DNA of 64,000 bases from Heteronotia binoei (Eukaryota), in NCBI RefSeq assembly GCF_032191835.1, contig NC_083224.1:96348001-96412000 (forward strand), in the 5' to 3' direction. Of the stretch, positions 12,295 to 25,135 are shown piece by piece. The position numbers and the translations under genes are program-made. Every line of letters starts with the position of its first letter. Positions within the stretch are counted from its first letter, which is position 1. The notes below the pieces were generated by a model, which ran no database searches, was not told where the DNA came from, and was given only the letters and a program-made list of their open reading frames with translations.

Positions 12295-12779
12295 TAGGAA
12301 TGGGCACAGACCAGGAAAGCCCGGTACAGGGTTCATGAACCAGGCACCCCCATACCAAACCCCCAAGCAAAGCCTGCTTGAACTGAAGCAGTTCAGGGTT
12401 TCCCCTCACCTCCAAGAGGCACACCTGTATCATCTGGAAGTGATGCAAGTACATTAGCTCCCCCAATGCACACCATACCATTTCCAGGTAGCATTGGGTA
12501 CCTCCCCTAACGCATCTGCATTACCTGAAAGTGGCATGAGCACATCAAGCAACATGCTTACGTCACTTCTGGATGATGTAGGTGTATGGGTGTGTGTGTC
12601 TGATGCTGCCTGGAAGTGGTGTGCACATGTGTGTGGGAGTGAACACCCGAACCACACTGAGCAGAAGCTCAATGAGTGTTCAGGGAAGGCTCCTTCCCCA
12701 AACTTCGGTCCGGGGTTTGTGAACTAACCAAAGTTTGGACTGAGCTTTGGCTCGGGTTTGTGTGTGCCCATTCCCACTA
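12295..12779. mobile_element. MITE, TAGGGATGGGCA TIR family, ~485 bp
   Basis: TAGGAATGGGCACAGA start and TGTGCCCATTCCCACTA end. Confidence 0.55.
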
Positions 12780-14080
12780 ATTTCCATCACTATCAATATT
12801 TAGATTGCAATTTCATGGGGCAGGGACTTGCCAATTGGTAGTCACAACTCATTTCAGCTTTATGTGTACCTGTATCAGTAAAATCAGGTTATAGATGTTA
12901 TTGTTTTTCCAAGTGGGATTTTAACCAACTGTATGTCCAACCTCCAGTAACTCCTCTCGCACGATAACTAATGACCTGTTACACTAGTCTTATCTATTGC
13001 AAAAAATGTAAAGTGTAAACAAAAGATACACATCCTTGAACAACTATGGAAAACATACCTAAGAGCTCAAGTTGGGTGATGATGGCTTCCCATTTTGTAG
13101 AAAGATGTGAACAAACCTTTCACCCATATTAAGTTTGCTATCAGAAACACTAGTGAACCCATGGCAACACACCTGTCATACAAGTTTGGGACTTCAAGAA
13201 TATCAAAAAGCTCAAGAAATGCAGACTAGAAATCACCTCACTAAATATGTATAAATGTGAGGATTTCAAAAAATTGTAGCTTTTCATATTATAAATCAAT
13301 TCAGAACACCCCAATATTGGCACAATTAGTGACACACTGTCAACTTTTTTAGCATTGACAGCAGGCAGGGGAGCACCACTACTCACCCTTGAGACAAATA
13401 CTCCAGACAAAAAGCAAGGCAAATGGAAAGTTTGGGAGCCAGAGCAGATGGAAGCATCTGACTGTCTTTTGCAAAGCCAAAGACACTCAGCTATTTGTGA
13501 TGAATCTTCTCTGCTTCTTGTTTACTCCAGCCGTTTCTCTGAATGACTGCCTGCCCGGCTGCATGTCAGACCACTTCTTCTAATCCCTATTAATTTAAGC
13601 AATGCTGGGCTGCTGCTTGCCCCAAACTCTTTATTATTTATCAGGTTTGTTTATTTGTAGCTAACAGGTACTGCTCAGCGTGCGCCCCCAGGATAGGGAC
13701 AGGGGCCGTTAATCACCCCAGCTCCCCCGCCATCGCCATCCGTCAATTACTCCTGCTTCCTTTAATTAGTAATGAGGACTAATATTGCTGCCTCGCACAC
13801 CGGCTGGAGTGGAACTCCCCTCCAGGGGAAGGAGAGAGTCAGGGCCAGGGGAGGATTTGAAATAAATAAGGGAAATGGGGCTCCTCTTTCTCAAGCAGCC
13901 ACTCAGCCCCAGGCTCCTGTCACTCCAGGAGAAACAAGCAACCCCCAAGGCTCTTATTTATCACCCACTCAAGAGCGCCTGCTGCAAAAGGCAAGCAGGA
14001 ATTATTTCACTGAGCACCAGGGCATATTCTACGTAGATGGAGGGTGAGGAACAAGATGAGCAGTCTCACTCCAGAAGTGG

Positions 14081-14503
14081 ACATAAGAACGTAAGAGAAG
14101 CCATGTTGGATCAGGCCAATGGCCCATCCAGTCCAACACTCTGTGNNNNNNNNNNNNNNNNNNNNNNNNNNNNNNNNNNNNNNNNNNNNNNNNNNNNNNN
14201 NNNNNNNNNNNNNNNNNNNNNNNNNNNNNNNNNNNNNNNNNNNNNNNNNNNNNNNNNNNNNNNNNNNNNNNNNNNNNNNNNNNNNNNNNNNNNNNNNNNN
14301 NNNNNNNNNNNNNNNNNNNNNNNNNNNNNNNTGATGGATCTCTGCTCCATATTTTTATCCAATCCCCTCTTAAAGCTGGCTATGCTTGTAGCTGCCACCA
14401 CCTCCTGTGGCAGTGAATTCTACATGTTAATCACCCTTTGGGTGAAGAAGTACTTCCTTTTATCCATTTTAACCTGACTGCTCAGCAGTTTCAAAGTGGG
14501 ATG
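14081..14503 (-). mobile_element. CR1 LINE 3' end, same family as 3661-3972, spanning an assembly gap
   Basis: Minus strand FFTQRVINM(*)NSLPQEVVAATSIASFKRGLDKNMEQRS; tail ACATAAGAAC. Confidence 0.85.
14146..14331. other. Assembly gap (186 N)
   Basis: Run of N; lies where the other CR1 copy carries a microsatellite. Confidence 1.
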
Positions 14504-14614
14504 GTTGCCCAAGGTGAGAGTTAGGGCCTGGAGAAGATTCAAAATAAATAAGGGAAATGCGGCTCCTCTTTCTCAACCAGCCACTAAGTCTCAGGCTCTT
14601 TTTAAAAAGATTGA

Positions 14615-14890
14615 TTCATGGAGTCTATCAGTGGCTACTAGTCATGGTAACTGAGGGGATCCTCCACTTTCAGAGGCACTAAATCTATGAATCCCAGAGC
14701 AAGGAGGCAACATCAGGGGAAGGCCTCATCCTCTATGCCCTGTTGTTAGCCACCCTGAGCCTGCTTCGGCGGGGAGGGCGGGATACAAATAAAAATTGTT
14801 GTTGTTGTTGTTGGCCACTGTGTGAGACAGGATGCTGAGCTAGATGGACCATTGGTCTTATCCAGCAGGGTGCTTATTGTGTTCTTATAG
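14615..14890 (+). mobile_element. CR1 3' UTR fragment with a short L2-type tail inserted at ~14750-14810
   Basis: CATCAGGGGAAGGCCTC...GGCCACTGTGTGAGACAGG split by GCCACCCTGAG...GGGCGGGATACAAATAAA. Confidence 0.6.
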
Positions 14891-16590
14891 TGTTGTTTGC
14901 AACAGGGAGTGCTTTCAAAGTGAACCTGAGGGCAAGAAAGCTGGACAGAGCCTGAGGCTGGTGCTGTTTATCATCCAGAACAAATCTCCAATTCTGCCAG
15001 ACAAACTGGTACTCCTCAGTCTTGACCTACATTCTTAACTCTCTGTTCTGTGCTTAAAACTCATTCCTATCCAAACCTAACCTAAAATGGGTTGGGGCTG
15101 GGACTCAGCAGCATAGCATCTGCTTGACAAGCAGAAGGCTTCTAGTGCCCCCATTTTAAAGGATCAGATGGTAAGTGGTGGTAAAAAGATAATGCCAGGC
15201 AGAGTAGACAATGGTGGACCAATGAACTGATTCAGTATAAGGCAGCTCCCTGTGTAATTCAGCCTTTATCTTAAAAGCTTCCTGCAATCAACCTTTTATT
15301 TAGATCCCCCTCAGTGACTCCCTGATAATCTGCATTTCTCCACCTAATGTTGGTTTTCCACAATTTTAAAATTAATTTAACCAATTTACAAATTACTATA
15401 CAACAGCTTGATGGGTGGGTATAATTTCCATGTACTAAGCTGTATCTAGTGCAAAATGACAGAAAATGTGTCAACTGTAGACTGAAAACTTCCCCTGGTC
15501 TTAAAACCAAACTACATTGGAGTTTAACGCTCCACAAAGGATACATTTTATAGGCCCGTTAGCTTTCTCCCTGAGACTGGATTTAACAATTTGCTTTTCC
15601 AGATATGGAACTGGGTCCACCTATTTGTTTGAGGGCAGGGATTTGAGCCAAAATGGAATAACAGAGACAACAACTGGAGGAGTCCATCACTAGATCAGAG
15701 ATCACAGCTATTTACAAAGCAGTTGCCACATCCAATTGTTCTTCCTGTGAGCTTTCAAAAACTACAAAAGGAAGCAAGCCAAGTGAAATGGCCATTAAAG
15801 CTGGCTGTTGAAAGACGTTCTGTGTGTAAGGAGGTTTACCCAGTGGCTCAAGCAGCATGGGATACAAATTACAGCCTGAGATTTATTGACTAGCAAAGTT
15901 TTTACACAGCAGCCCATTAAAACAGATGGCTGTTTACAGCTAGGCCTTCATGCTATAGAGACCTAGGCTGGAGCTGAGTCTTATGATGACACTGCAGGTG
16001 AACATCTCATTAAAGGCATCTGTATGCACTACAATCAGGACACAAGCTTCATGAGCCCTTAGGGAGGTTTTTAATGAGTTTAATAAGTTAGATAGGTTAA
16101 AACTCTTCAGGTCTCCTGGTTCAGTGGATCAGGTAGAGCACACTAAACTCTGGAAATCATGCTACTGTCATTGCTGATGCCACTATCATATAAGCACAAA
16201 GGCAGGGCCCATAATGCCCAGCTCAAGAGAAATCCTGCTCTCCAAAACTGAGGCAGAAAGTTTGTGATCACCTTCCATCTCAACAGGTCAAGCAGAACTC
16301 CTGGTCAGCTCTGACCTCAGTCCTTTTGGCTTCCAGGTAATCTCTACCTGGAAGCCAAAAGGACTGGGTAAGGGCTGGCATGCAGAAGGTTGTCAGGGAA
16401 TGGGCTGCTTGGCTGGATTGAAATAAACCGTGCAAGGAAAGCAGACTACAAATGAAGTAAATAAACACATGCTGTACAGATAGAAGCACTTTGCACCTGT
16501 ATAGTGAGGTCTTTAGATCCAAACCATTGTTACTGGGGAAAAAAAAGAAAAAAGAAGGGGGGCATAAATGAGAGAGAAAATTCTATAGTC

Positions 16591-16706
16591 CAGGGGTGGC
16601 CAACGGTAGCTCTCCAGATGTTTTTTGCCTACAACTCCCATGCTGGCTGAGGCTGATAGGTGTTGTAGGCAAAAAACGTCTGGAGAGCTACCGTTGGCCA
16701 CCCCTG
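16591..16706. mobile_element. hAT (Charlie-like) palindromic MITE with 8-bp TSD
   Basis: TIR CAGGGGTGGCCAAC; TSD CTATAGTC at 16583-16590 and 16707-16714. Confidence 0.9.
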
Positions 16707-18639
16707 CTATAGTCTGTTGCTCTCCTTGGCTCCTTCACTTCTGGCAGAATGTGCCCTCTTCTATATTCTAGTCCTTGAAAGAATACAAAACCTTCAATGC
16801 CATGTTTGGAAAGTCAGACCTAAACTAGCCAAAGAAAAGCTCTACATGTTGGACTGCTGCAGAGCTTTACCATGTAAGACTGCATGTTTTCCCTCCCTAC
16901 ATATGGAAAACTAACATATTACAGAAAAGGCTAACCTGGGCCCTTTCTTTCTGACATGCTAGTTTGTCTGTGTATCAAGTATCTTACATGAGAGAGAACC
17001 TAAACACTTGCTCCATCAATTACAATCTGAAATAGTGATGGCCAACAGTAGATAATCACATGGAGTTCCGTTTGACAGTTTCAGTTCTCCAGGCTACAAG
17101 TACATAGATATACTTACTTCATGATTTAAGAATCTGAGTAAAGAATTAGGAGTGGGGTTGACAGAGTGTACATCCTAAAAGAACTTAAAAAGAGGATGAC
17201 TCTACATAAAAGCACAATGCTCAAGGGACTATTTTTGCTTTTTTAATTCCAATCACCATTAAAACTGTTTAATCCAAGTATGGAGATTAAATTGGAAGCA
17301 AAACTTCCCATGCAAAAGAGGACTAAACCAAGCCAAAGCCTCTGGTAGGCAACTATTCTGATTAGTTTCTTCCAGCTTTTGGCATTTGCTGACACTACTC
17401 TGTTCCTGAGACAATTACAACAGCAACACATATACTCATTCTAGCAGCTTCTTCCAGAAATCAGTATCTTCCATAGGGAAATATCAGGATCATCTGGGCA
17501 GTTCTCTCCTCACCAGGTCACATGGACACAGTTCATCTTTCAAGTGTCTGGCAGAATAAGTTACTTACACATTATTGTTACCAAAGCAGAACCAGCCATT
17601 CATAGATATTTGCATAGATACTTGCACGTATCTTCCTGCCTACATACTCATGTGTCCACAAAACTTTTGGCATTTTTAAGTAGACTGGGAAATTAGAGAC
17701 ATTCCCACATCAATGATGGATGAACCTGAGTTTCCACTTACAGTTTTGACCACTAACACATGAGCACTTGTCTGGGTAAAAGTGTTTGATGGAAAGGAAG
17801 AGTTGACATCATTGCCAACAATTCTCTCCTAAACAGGCTGCATCTCTGAGAAATGAAATTTTGTAGGCGATTAGCTCACAATGTGAACTTAATCGCTTTG
17901 GGTATTTAAAAAGCCCCATTAAATTAAATGGCCAAGATATTGAGGTTTAAGCAGTGGATGCGTCCAATGCACAGTAACTCCAGAGCTCATTACCAGCATT
18001 GGCAATTTTGCAGTCGGAATTACAGACCCATGAGAGGCTGAGCTATTTAATGTCCATTCACAGAACACAGCACAAACAGAGCTTCTGGGGAGATAAAATG
18101 GCTGCAGAAACACAACTTGAGACCAACTCTCTGTCTGCAATAAAAGATTGTGACAAACATGTGATCTTCAAGTATTAACCAGGATAAGGGGAACAGAGGC
18201 AGACACATAATACAGTGGAGTGGCTATCAGGTACTACACTCAGTTCAGGGATCTATAAGCTTTAAGTAGATATCTTTTTGAATACGGAGGTGAATAGAAA
18301 GGGACAGAATATTTAATGATCTCTACCCACAGTTAGACAGAGAGGTGTCCCAAGTAATGTTTCTCAGTTATGGAACTTTCTGTCTTGTACTTTTACTAAA
18401 CTCCCACTTGAGCATCTTCAGAAGCAGGATTTACAAGGATCAGGCTTTGAGGCAAGGGACTTTTAATAGCATTAATCTGGTTACATTTTATTCTGTTTTA
18501 ATGTTCTTAAATCCATATGATTTTTCATGCCATTGGTTACTTTGAGAATCCAGTAGGCTGAGCACAGGGAGATAAATCTAAGAAAAGGTTACCCACTGGG
18601 AGTCTTCAAGATGGCACAGAAGCTAAATCAATTAGATCA

Positions 18640-18810
18640 ATATCAGATCTCAAAAGTTCAGCAGGGCCGACCTGGCAAGTACTTGGCTGGGAGACCTCCT
18701 TGGAATATCAGCACCAGGAGGCAGGGATAGGCTGTATCAAGCCACTTCTCTGAATGTCCTCCATGACCCAGTAGAGGTTGTCAGAAGTTGCTATAACTTG
18801 CAAGCACACA
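18640..18810 (+). mobile_element. 5S rRNA-derived SINE
   Basis: GATCTCAAAAGTTCAGCAGGG...GTACTTGGCTGGGAGACC resembles the 5S internal promoter region. Confidence 0.55.
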
Positions 18811-19032
18811 CACAATATAAAAATTACTAATACCAATAATAATTATTATAATATCAGCATTGGGGGAAAATGCATGCAATACAACAGCACAAGTGCTTTT
18901 TTGGATGCATGCACATGGATCAGGAATCCAATAAATGTGTCCCTCCCCAAAGTACTCATATTGCTAAACATACTATAAAACACATCAACGAAGTAACATG
19001 TGAGACAATCCTAAACTGCCTGTTTGATGAGT

Positions 19033-19298
19033 TAGTTTGGTGTAATGGTTAAGTGCGCGGACTCTAATCTGGGAGGACTGGGTTTGATTCCCCACTCCTC
19101 CACATGCATCTGCTGAGTGACCTTGGGTCAGTCACAGTTCTTGAAAGAGCTGCTCTCTCAAGAGCAGTTCTCGAAAGAGCTCTCTCAGTCCCACCTATCC
19201 CACAGGGTGTCTGTTGTGGGGAGAGGAAGGAAAAGGAGATTGTAAACTGCTCTGAGAGGGTGGGGTATAAATACAATCTCTTCTCTCTTATTATTATT
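19033..19298 (+). mobile_element. Squam3-like SINE
   Basis: tRNA-like head GTTTGGTGTAATGGTTAAG...; internal GAAAGAGCTGCTCTC hairpin. Confidence 0.85.
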
Positions 19299-19424
19299 AA
19301 AAAGGAACAGAAATCCTACCAGTCCCAAATCAAATAACCTGAAATCTACCACAGGAATGTCTCTGTATTTACATATCCCCCCCACCCCCTTTGGTCAGAG
19401 AAATCACCAAACAACAGACATAGT

Positions 19425-20166
19425 TTTGATCTTATTTATTTATTATTATTATTATTAATGTCATTAAATTTATATCCCACCCTCTCCGCAAGCCGACTCA
19501 GGGCAGCTCACAACATTCATTTTCACAAGTTAAAAACCAATAAAACATAATTACGATTTTAATTTTTTTTTAAAAAAACCATTTAATGGTGCTGTATCGC
19601 TACAATGTACAATATAGGCGGGTTCTTCTTTTCAGACAGTGATCACCAAGTACTCTATAGGATGTCAGGTGGCAGCTCTCTCCCGGTTAAATAACAAAAG
19701 GCCTGTCGAAAAAATTCAGTCTTACAGGCCCTGCGGAAAGTAGAAAGATCCCGCAGGGCCCTTATGGCCTCCAGGAGAGCATTCCACAATTCTGGTGCTG
19801 CCACCGAGAAGACCCTAGCTTGCGTCAAATGCAACCTAGCCTCCTTTGGTCCAGGGATGGACAATAGATTTTTTTTGTCCCTGAACGCAGTGCTCTCTGG
19901 GGAATATGTGGAGAAAGGTGGTCCCGCAGATAGAGAGGTTCCTGACCATAAAGGGCTTTAAAGGTCAATACCAACACCTTGAAATGGACTCGGAACACAA
20001 TAGGTAGCCAGTGCAGCTCTTTCAGCACTGGCCGAATGTGCTCCCATTGAGGGAGCCTCATTAACAGCCGTGCTGCAGCGTTCTGCACTAGCTGTAGTTT
20101 CTGAGTCAGTGTCAAGGGTAGCCCCGTGTAGAGAACATTACAGTGATCTATTCTTGAGGTGACCAT
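19425..20166 (-). mobile_element. L2 LINE 3' end, 5'-truncated
   Basis: ORF 19825-20166: VTSRIDHCNVLY...KLQLVQNAAARLL...LHWLPI...FKVLVLTFKAL; ATTT tail. Confidence 0.9.
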
Positions 20167-21734
20167 AAGACGCTATAGTAGTGAGGCTCTATAGTAAGTG
20201 ATCTATTCTTGAAGTGACCGTAAGACTCTATAGTAGTAAGGCTATAGTAGTGAGGTGCACAGGGCAATGGGCACAGAACCTGCTATCTATTCTTTGTGAC
20301 CGAAGAGGCTGGGCCCTGCTTTGCATTCCTTTCAGTAACACTATTGAGCTGTAAGTGATTGCAATTTTACCTGACACTGTTTGTCTAAATTATTTACACT
20401 GCTCAAGTATAGATATGCACCTTCTCTTGGAGTGCCCTACGAGGGGGAGGGGACAGCAGTTTTAAAATTACTTGCATCTATCACTCAATCCCTTTCAGGT
20501 CAAACACGCCACTCCTGGCTTAATGACCTCATTTCTACAGCAACAAATCTGTCACTGCTTTTGGTTTAAAGCCAACAGGATCCCCCCCCTCCATCCACAA
20601 GCTGAAATAACCAGGTCTCCTGATGATGAAAGTATCTCATCAGTCAAGCTGCTCTTTTCCTCCAACTGGTGAAAACTGTGAATCCCTACCTCTTGGGCAT
20701 AACACCATAAAGCACAGAATAAACAACAGACATCCAAGTTACAAGTGGAGTTGCATTTTGGAAGAAGATATGACCAACAGCAGCGGAAGGGAATCAGACC
20801 AGGCAAGAGAATCTAGAAATCAAGATAGCAGATCACAGCACACAACTCCTTTTAGTGCATTTCAGATTCCTCATACATATCTCTGTCCTCACATCCCCAA
20901 CATAGGAATTACCAAGGAATTCATCCCAGGTCAATAGTGGCTGGGTAATATAGGTTTTTCTTTCCCTGAGCAAACTTCTTACCTAACCACTTCAACAAGA
21001 CCCAGTCTATGAAAATATGAAGGCTGATAGCACTTACTAGCCAATCAAGACACATTCTTAAAAGTGAAGGAAGAACCAGAACAAAATGCTTTGGGGCAAG
21101 GGGCTGGCAGCAGAAAAGTCGAATGCCAATCCCTATGAGCAGGGATACTAAAAAGTGTGGGTCTAAAAACAAAGGTAAAGTGTTCATTGATATGAGATAT
21201 AATGCCTCTATCCAGAAAAGGGAAGAGAAATGGGCATGCCTGAAGTGAACTTCTGCAATTTCAGATGTGGAATTTCACAGAACAGACAGATACTTATATT
21301 CTGTTTCACTGTACAATTTATTTCATTCTCCCTCTTGTGTATTCAATAACCTTCAAAAAGTAATTTTTTTTTTTTTTACTATTATAAGGATTTTGGAAGT
21401 TGTAACAAGATCAAACAGTTTGGGTAAGGGGCTGACAGCAGAAAAGTTCATTAAAGACACAGTACTGGCAACTCCCAAGAGCAAGGGGACTAAAACTTCT
21501 TTACCTAAAAGCAACAATGAGATGTTCACTTATATAGGATATATGGATGGATGGTTTACTTTTTGCTTGTTTTCATTTACTATTATTAGAATTGGAGAGT
21601 GGGTTTGTAATTTCTTACATACCTTAAATGGAAGTAGCATACCTGTGGTTCCATGAGACTGAATGCCATAATCACACCTTGTAACCTGCTGGGGTATATG
21701 AAACTAAGCCATTCTTTCCTCTATAGTAACTAGA

Positions 21735-21960
21735 GAACAAAGTCTGAGTTCAGTGGCACCTTTAAGGCCAACAAAGTTTAATTCTGGGTGTAGGTTTTTA
21801 TGTACATGGACACGTCAACAGATATCTGATAATGTATCTGATGAAGTGTGCATGCACACAAAAGCTTATAGCCAAAATTAAACTTTGTTGGCCTTAAAGG
21901 TGCTGCTGGACTCAAACTGTGCTCTGTTGCTTCAGACCAACACAGCAGCCTACCTGAATG
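21735..21960. mobile_element. Penelope-like element terminus in inverted arrangement
   Basis: ~80-bp arms 21736-21815 and 21846-21930 (AAACTTTGTTGGCCTTAAAGGTG) typical of squamate PLE ends. Confidence 0.7.
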
Positions 21961-22024
21961 GGATGACTTCTAGTGTCCTGGCCCCACTGATGGACCTCCT
22001 AATAGCACCTGTTTGTTTGTTTTT

Positions 22025-22090
22025 TGGCCACTGTGTGTTGGACTGGATGGGCCATTGGCCTGATCCAACATGGTTTCTCTTATGTTCTTA
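22025..22090 (+). mobile_element. CR1 terminal 3' fragment
   Basis: TTGGACTGGATGGGCCATTGGCCTGATCCAACATGG...TCTTATGTTCTTA. Confidence 0.75.
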
Positions 22091-23700
22091 TAATAACTGG
22101 TAAGCTACTGAGCCACCAAGGCCTACTGGAAAGCCAAAGTAATGACTAAACTGTTGGTGCAATTAACTCAGGGAGGTACAAATCTGTCATTGATTTCAAT
22201 TCCATTTCAGTTTTCTGTCTTGACCATTTCTCCCGCAGCTATTGCTCACAAATCAAACAAACAAATATTATGCAATGTTCTGTCTTGGAGCAACTGTTTG
22301 GAACATAATGAAAAGTAAGAATAGCCATGGAGAACACTGCTCTTCTGGCAAAGGTAGAGATAGTTATAAATCAGCATGTTTCTGTGCTAGTAACCACAAG
22401 AGCCATTAGCTGAGTGGTGATGCACATTTTTAAAAGAATAAATACAAATAAATATCTGGTATCCTCCAAGGTTCCAGCAGGGTGACTGGTCTACTGCTTC
22501 CACCGCTGCCAAGAATGTATCGTCTTCAAGAAAACAATATATAGTGTAATTTCAGAAGAGAAATAAACCAAACCCAGCTTGAAACTACACACACAAATAC
22601 CAGAATAAGCTCTGAAAATCAGAATTCCAAATGATGTGCCCTCTAGAGCAACAGTGATCCAACAGCAAAGATGAAAATACAGAACAATGTATTTAATTTT
22701 ATTTTTTACCACAAGGTTTTCACTGTTTATCCTTAGACAGATTTGTACAACTCTCTAGCTAGACTGGGTCCATGTGATTCTGAGATGTAGTCCAATACTC
22801 AAAAAACATTTCCTTTAAATGCCACCAAATACTGCCAATGGAAGAACATTTAAAGTAAACGTGGGGTGTTGTTCAACAACTCTGGTTAATTAAAGCTTGG
22901 TAAGAGAGGGCAGCTTCTCTTGTGTGCCCAAGCAAAACAATCAGGGCACTATGGCAGAGCTAGCCTTCACTGTGCTGTTCCCTAGATGTAGAGCAAAGGG
23001 GTGTTCCTGATGGCTTAAAATTGTGTTTGAAAGATTCTGCTGCTTCCATGAGTGAAAAAGGTCATGAACTGCCGCTACTGCCCAACTGCTGACTAAGTAA
23101 TGATGTTTGTTTTTATCTAAATTGTTCAGATAACAAAGCATGGAATAGTAATGAAGAGTCATCCAAGACTCTTCATTACTATTCCATTCATCATATGGCC
23201 ACTGATGGTGCAGTATCTGCCCAGAAGTGGAAGGTAAGTAATATAAGGGTTTTCAGGCTACTGTCAGACAGCCAATCTAGCAACAGGTGTTGGAAAAGAG
23301 GAAGTGTTTTAGTCAGGAAGAATGCTATGGAAAGTTAGTTTCTATTATCCAGCTGTTTAATACTTAGGCTTTAGTCTGAGTGGAGAGGGAAAGGGGGAAC
23401 CTGCATTCCACTCCAAGGATAAGATGGATGTTTTTTCACTAGGGTTTCCAGAGAGGAAGTCAAGCATACTATTTAGTACCATGCCAACATACAACGCAAT
23501 AGGTTTGTTGCAGCAATCATGCTAGAAACATGACTGCATTGGTAACATAGCAGTGACGTCACAAAAAAGCTGTGCAAGATTCTTAAAAAGGTAAAGGTAG
23601 TTCCCTGTGCAAGCACCAGTTGTTTCCGACTGCGGGGTGATGTTGCTTTCACAACGTTTTCGAGGCAGACTTTTTATGGGGTGGTTTGCCATTGCCAATA

Positions 23701-24262
23701 ACAGCCCCGTGGCGCAGTGTTAAAGCTGCAGTACAGCAGTCCTAAGCTCTGTTCACGACCTGAGTTCGATCCCCAGCAGAAGCTGGGTTTTCAGGTAGCC
23801 AGCTTGAGATTGACTCAGCCTTCCATCCTTCCGAGGTTGGTAAAACGAGTACTCAGCTTGCTGGGGGGAAAGTGTAGATGACTAGGGAAGGCAATGACAA
23901 ACCACCCTGTAAAAAGTCAGCCATGAAAACGTTATTTATTTATTTTATTTTATTTATATCCCGCCCTCCCTGTCAAAGCAGGCTCAGGATGGCTCACAAC
24001 ATAAAATCCCACAAACAATTAAATTAATGAGTATTAAAATTACACATTTGATAAAATAGATATACAATGATTAAAACAGTTAAAACAGAATAAAACAGAA
24101 TATTGAGTTGGTGCTATTCTGGTGGTGATGGCCTTCTTCCATTTCTCTTAAATACCGGTGCCAAGTCAATTGAATGCCAGCTGGAAGAGGGCAGTCTTGA
24201 AAGCATCGTTACCCCAGAGTTGGAAACGTCTAGTGCTTGCACAGGGGACCTTTCCTTTCCTT
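23701..24262 (+). mobile_element. Sauria SINE B (23701-23933 plus 24198-24262), nested in SINE A
   Basis: Halves join as AAAACGTT|(G)TGAAAGC. Confidence 0.85.
23934..24197 (-). mobile_element. L2-type 3' tail nested in Sauria SINE B
   Basis: TTTATTT...TTTATATCCCGCCCTCCC...GGCTCAGGATGGCTCACAAC tail shared with other L2 ends in the window. Confidence 0.75.
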
Positions 24263-24508
24263 GTCATCGACTTCCCCAGTCATCTACACTTTCCCCCCAG
24301 CAAGCTGGGTACTCATTTTACCAACGTCGGAAGGATGGAAGGCTGAGTCAACCTGGAGTCGGCTACCTGAACCCAGCTTCCGCTGGGACTGAACTCAGGT
24401 CGTGAGCAGAGTTTAGGACTGCAGTACTGCAGCTTTACCACTCTGTGCCATGGGGCTCTACAGTACTTTAAATTGGTGTTTCCCAAAAGCAGGGTCACAA
24501 TCTGGCAC

Positions 24509-25050
24509 TGGACCATGGAAGCCTCAACGCCAGTCCACAGGGCCTCCCATCCCCTGGCTGCCCCTGCCTCCCCCCGCATTGTGCCTCCCCCCCACATGTG
24601 GCGTCATGCCCCTCTGCACCTCCTTCTCCCTCCCTTCCCCACCTCAGGCAGGTCAGTTTCATGCTGCGTAAAGCCCCCCCCCCCAATTGCTGGGAAATCG
24701 GCGCTGAGCTCACTCTGCACTGGGCCAAGCCGGCAGCTCGAACAGACCACAGCTGAAAAGGGTGTGTGGCTCCTCCCTTGCCCTGAAGGAAGTGCAGGCA
24801 AGGAAGGAGCCACGCTCCCTTTTCAGCCGTGGTCTGTTCGAGCTGTTGGCTTGGCCCAGCGCAGAGTGAGCTCAGCGCCAATTTCCCAGTGATCGGGGGG
24901 CTTTATGCAGCATGAAACTGACCTGTCTGAGGTGGGGAAGGGAGAGAGAAGGAGGCACGGAGGGGCATGACGCCGCACGCAGGGGGTGGGAGGTGGGGGT
25001 GGCCAGAGGACGGGAGGCCCCGTGGCCCGGCGTTGAGCCTCCGTGGCCCG
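24509..25050. repeat. Long imperfect inverted repeat (arms ~24509-24785 and ~24795-25050, 9-nt loop)
   Basis: Arms reverse-complement each other; mirrored translations appear in the ORF track. Confidence 0.9.
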
Positions 25051-25135
25051 ATTTCCCACCGATGGGGAGGGAGGCTTCACAGCCTGAAATTGACCTGTGA
25101 TGGGGAAGGGAGGGAGGCAGTGGCGAGAGAGTCAG

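Larger units (their letters stand above)
23587..24458 (-). mobile_element. Sauria SINE A (23587-23696 plus 24271-24458), split by nested insertions
   Basis: Halves join as CCATTGCC|TTCCCCAGTC, continuous in the copy at 1817-2119. Confidence 0.85.
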
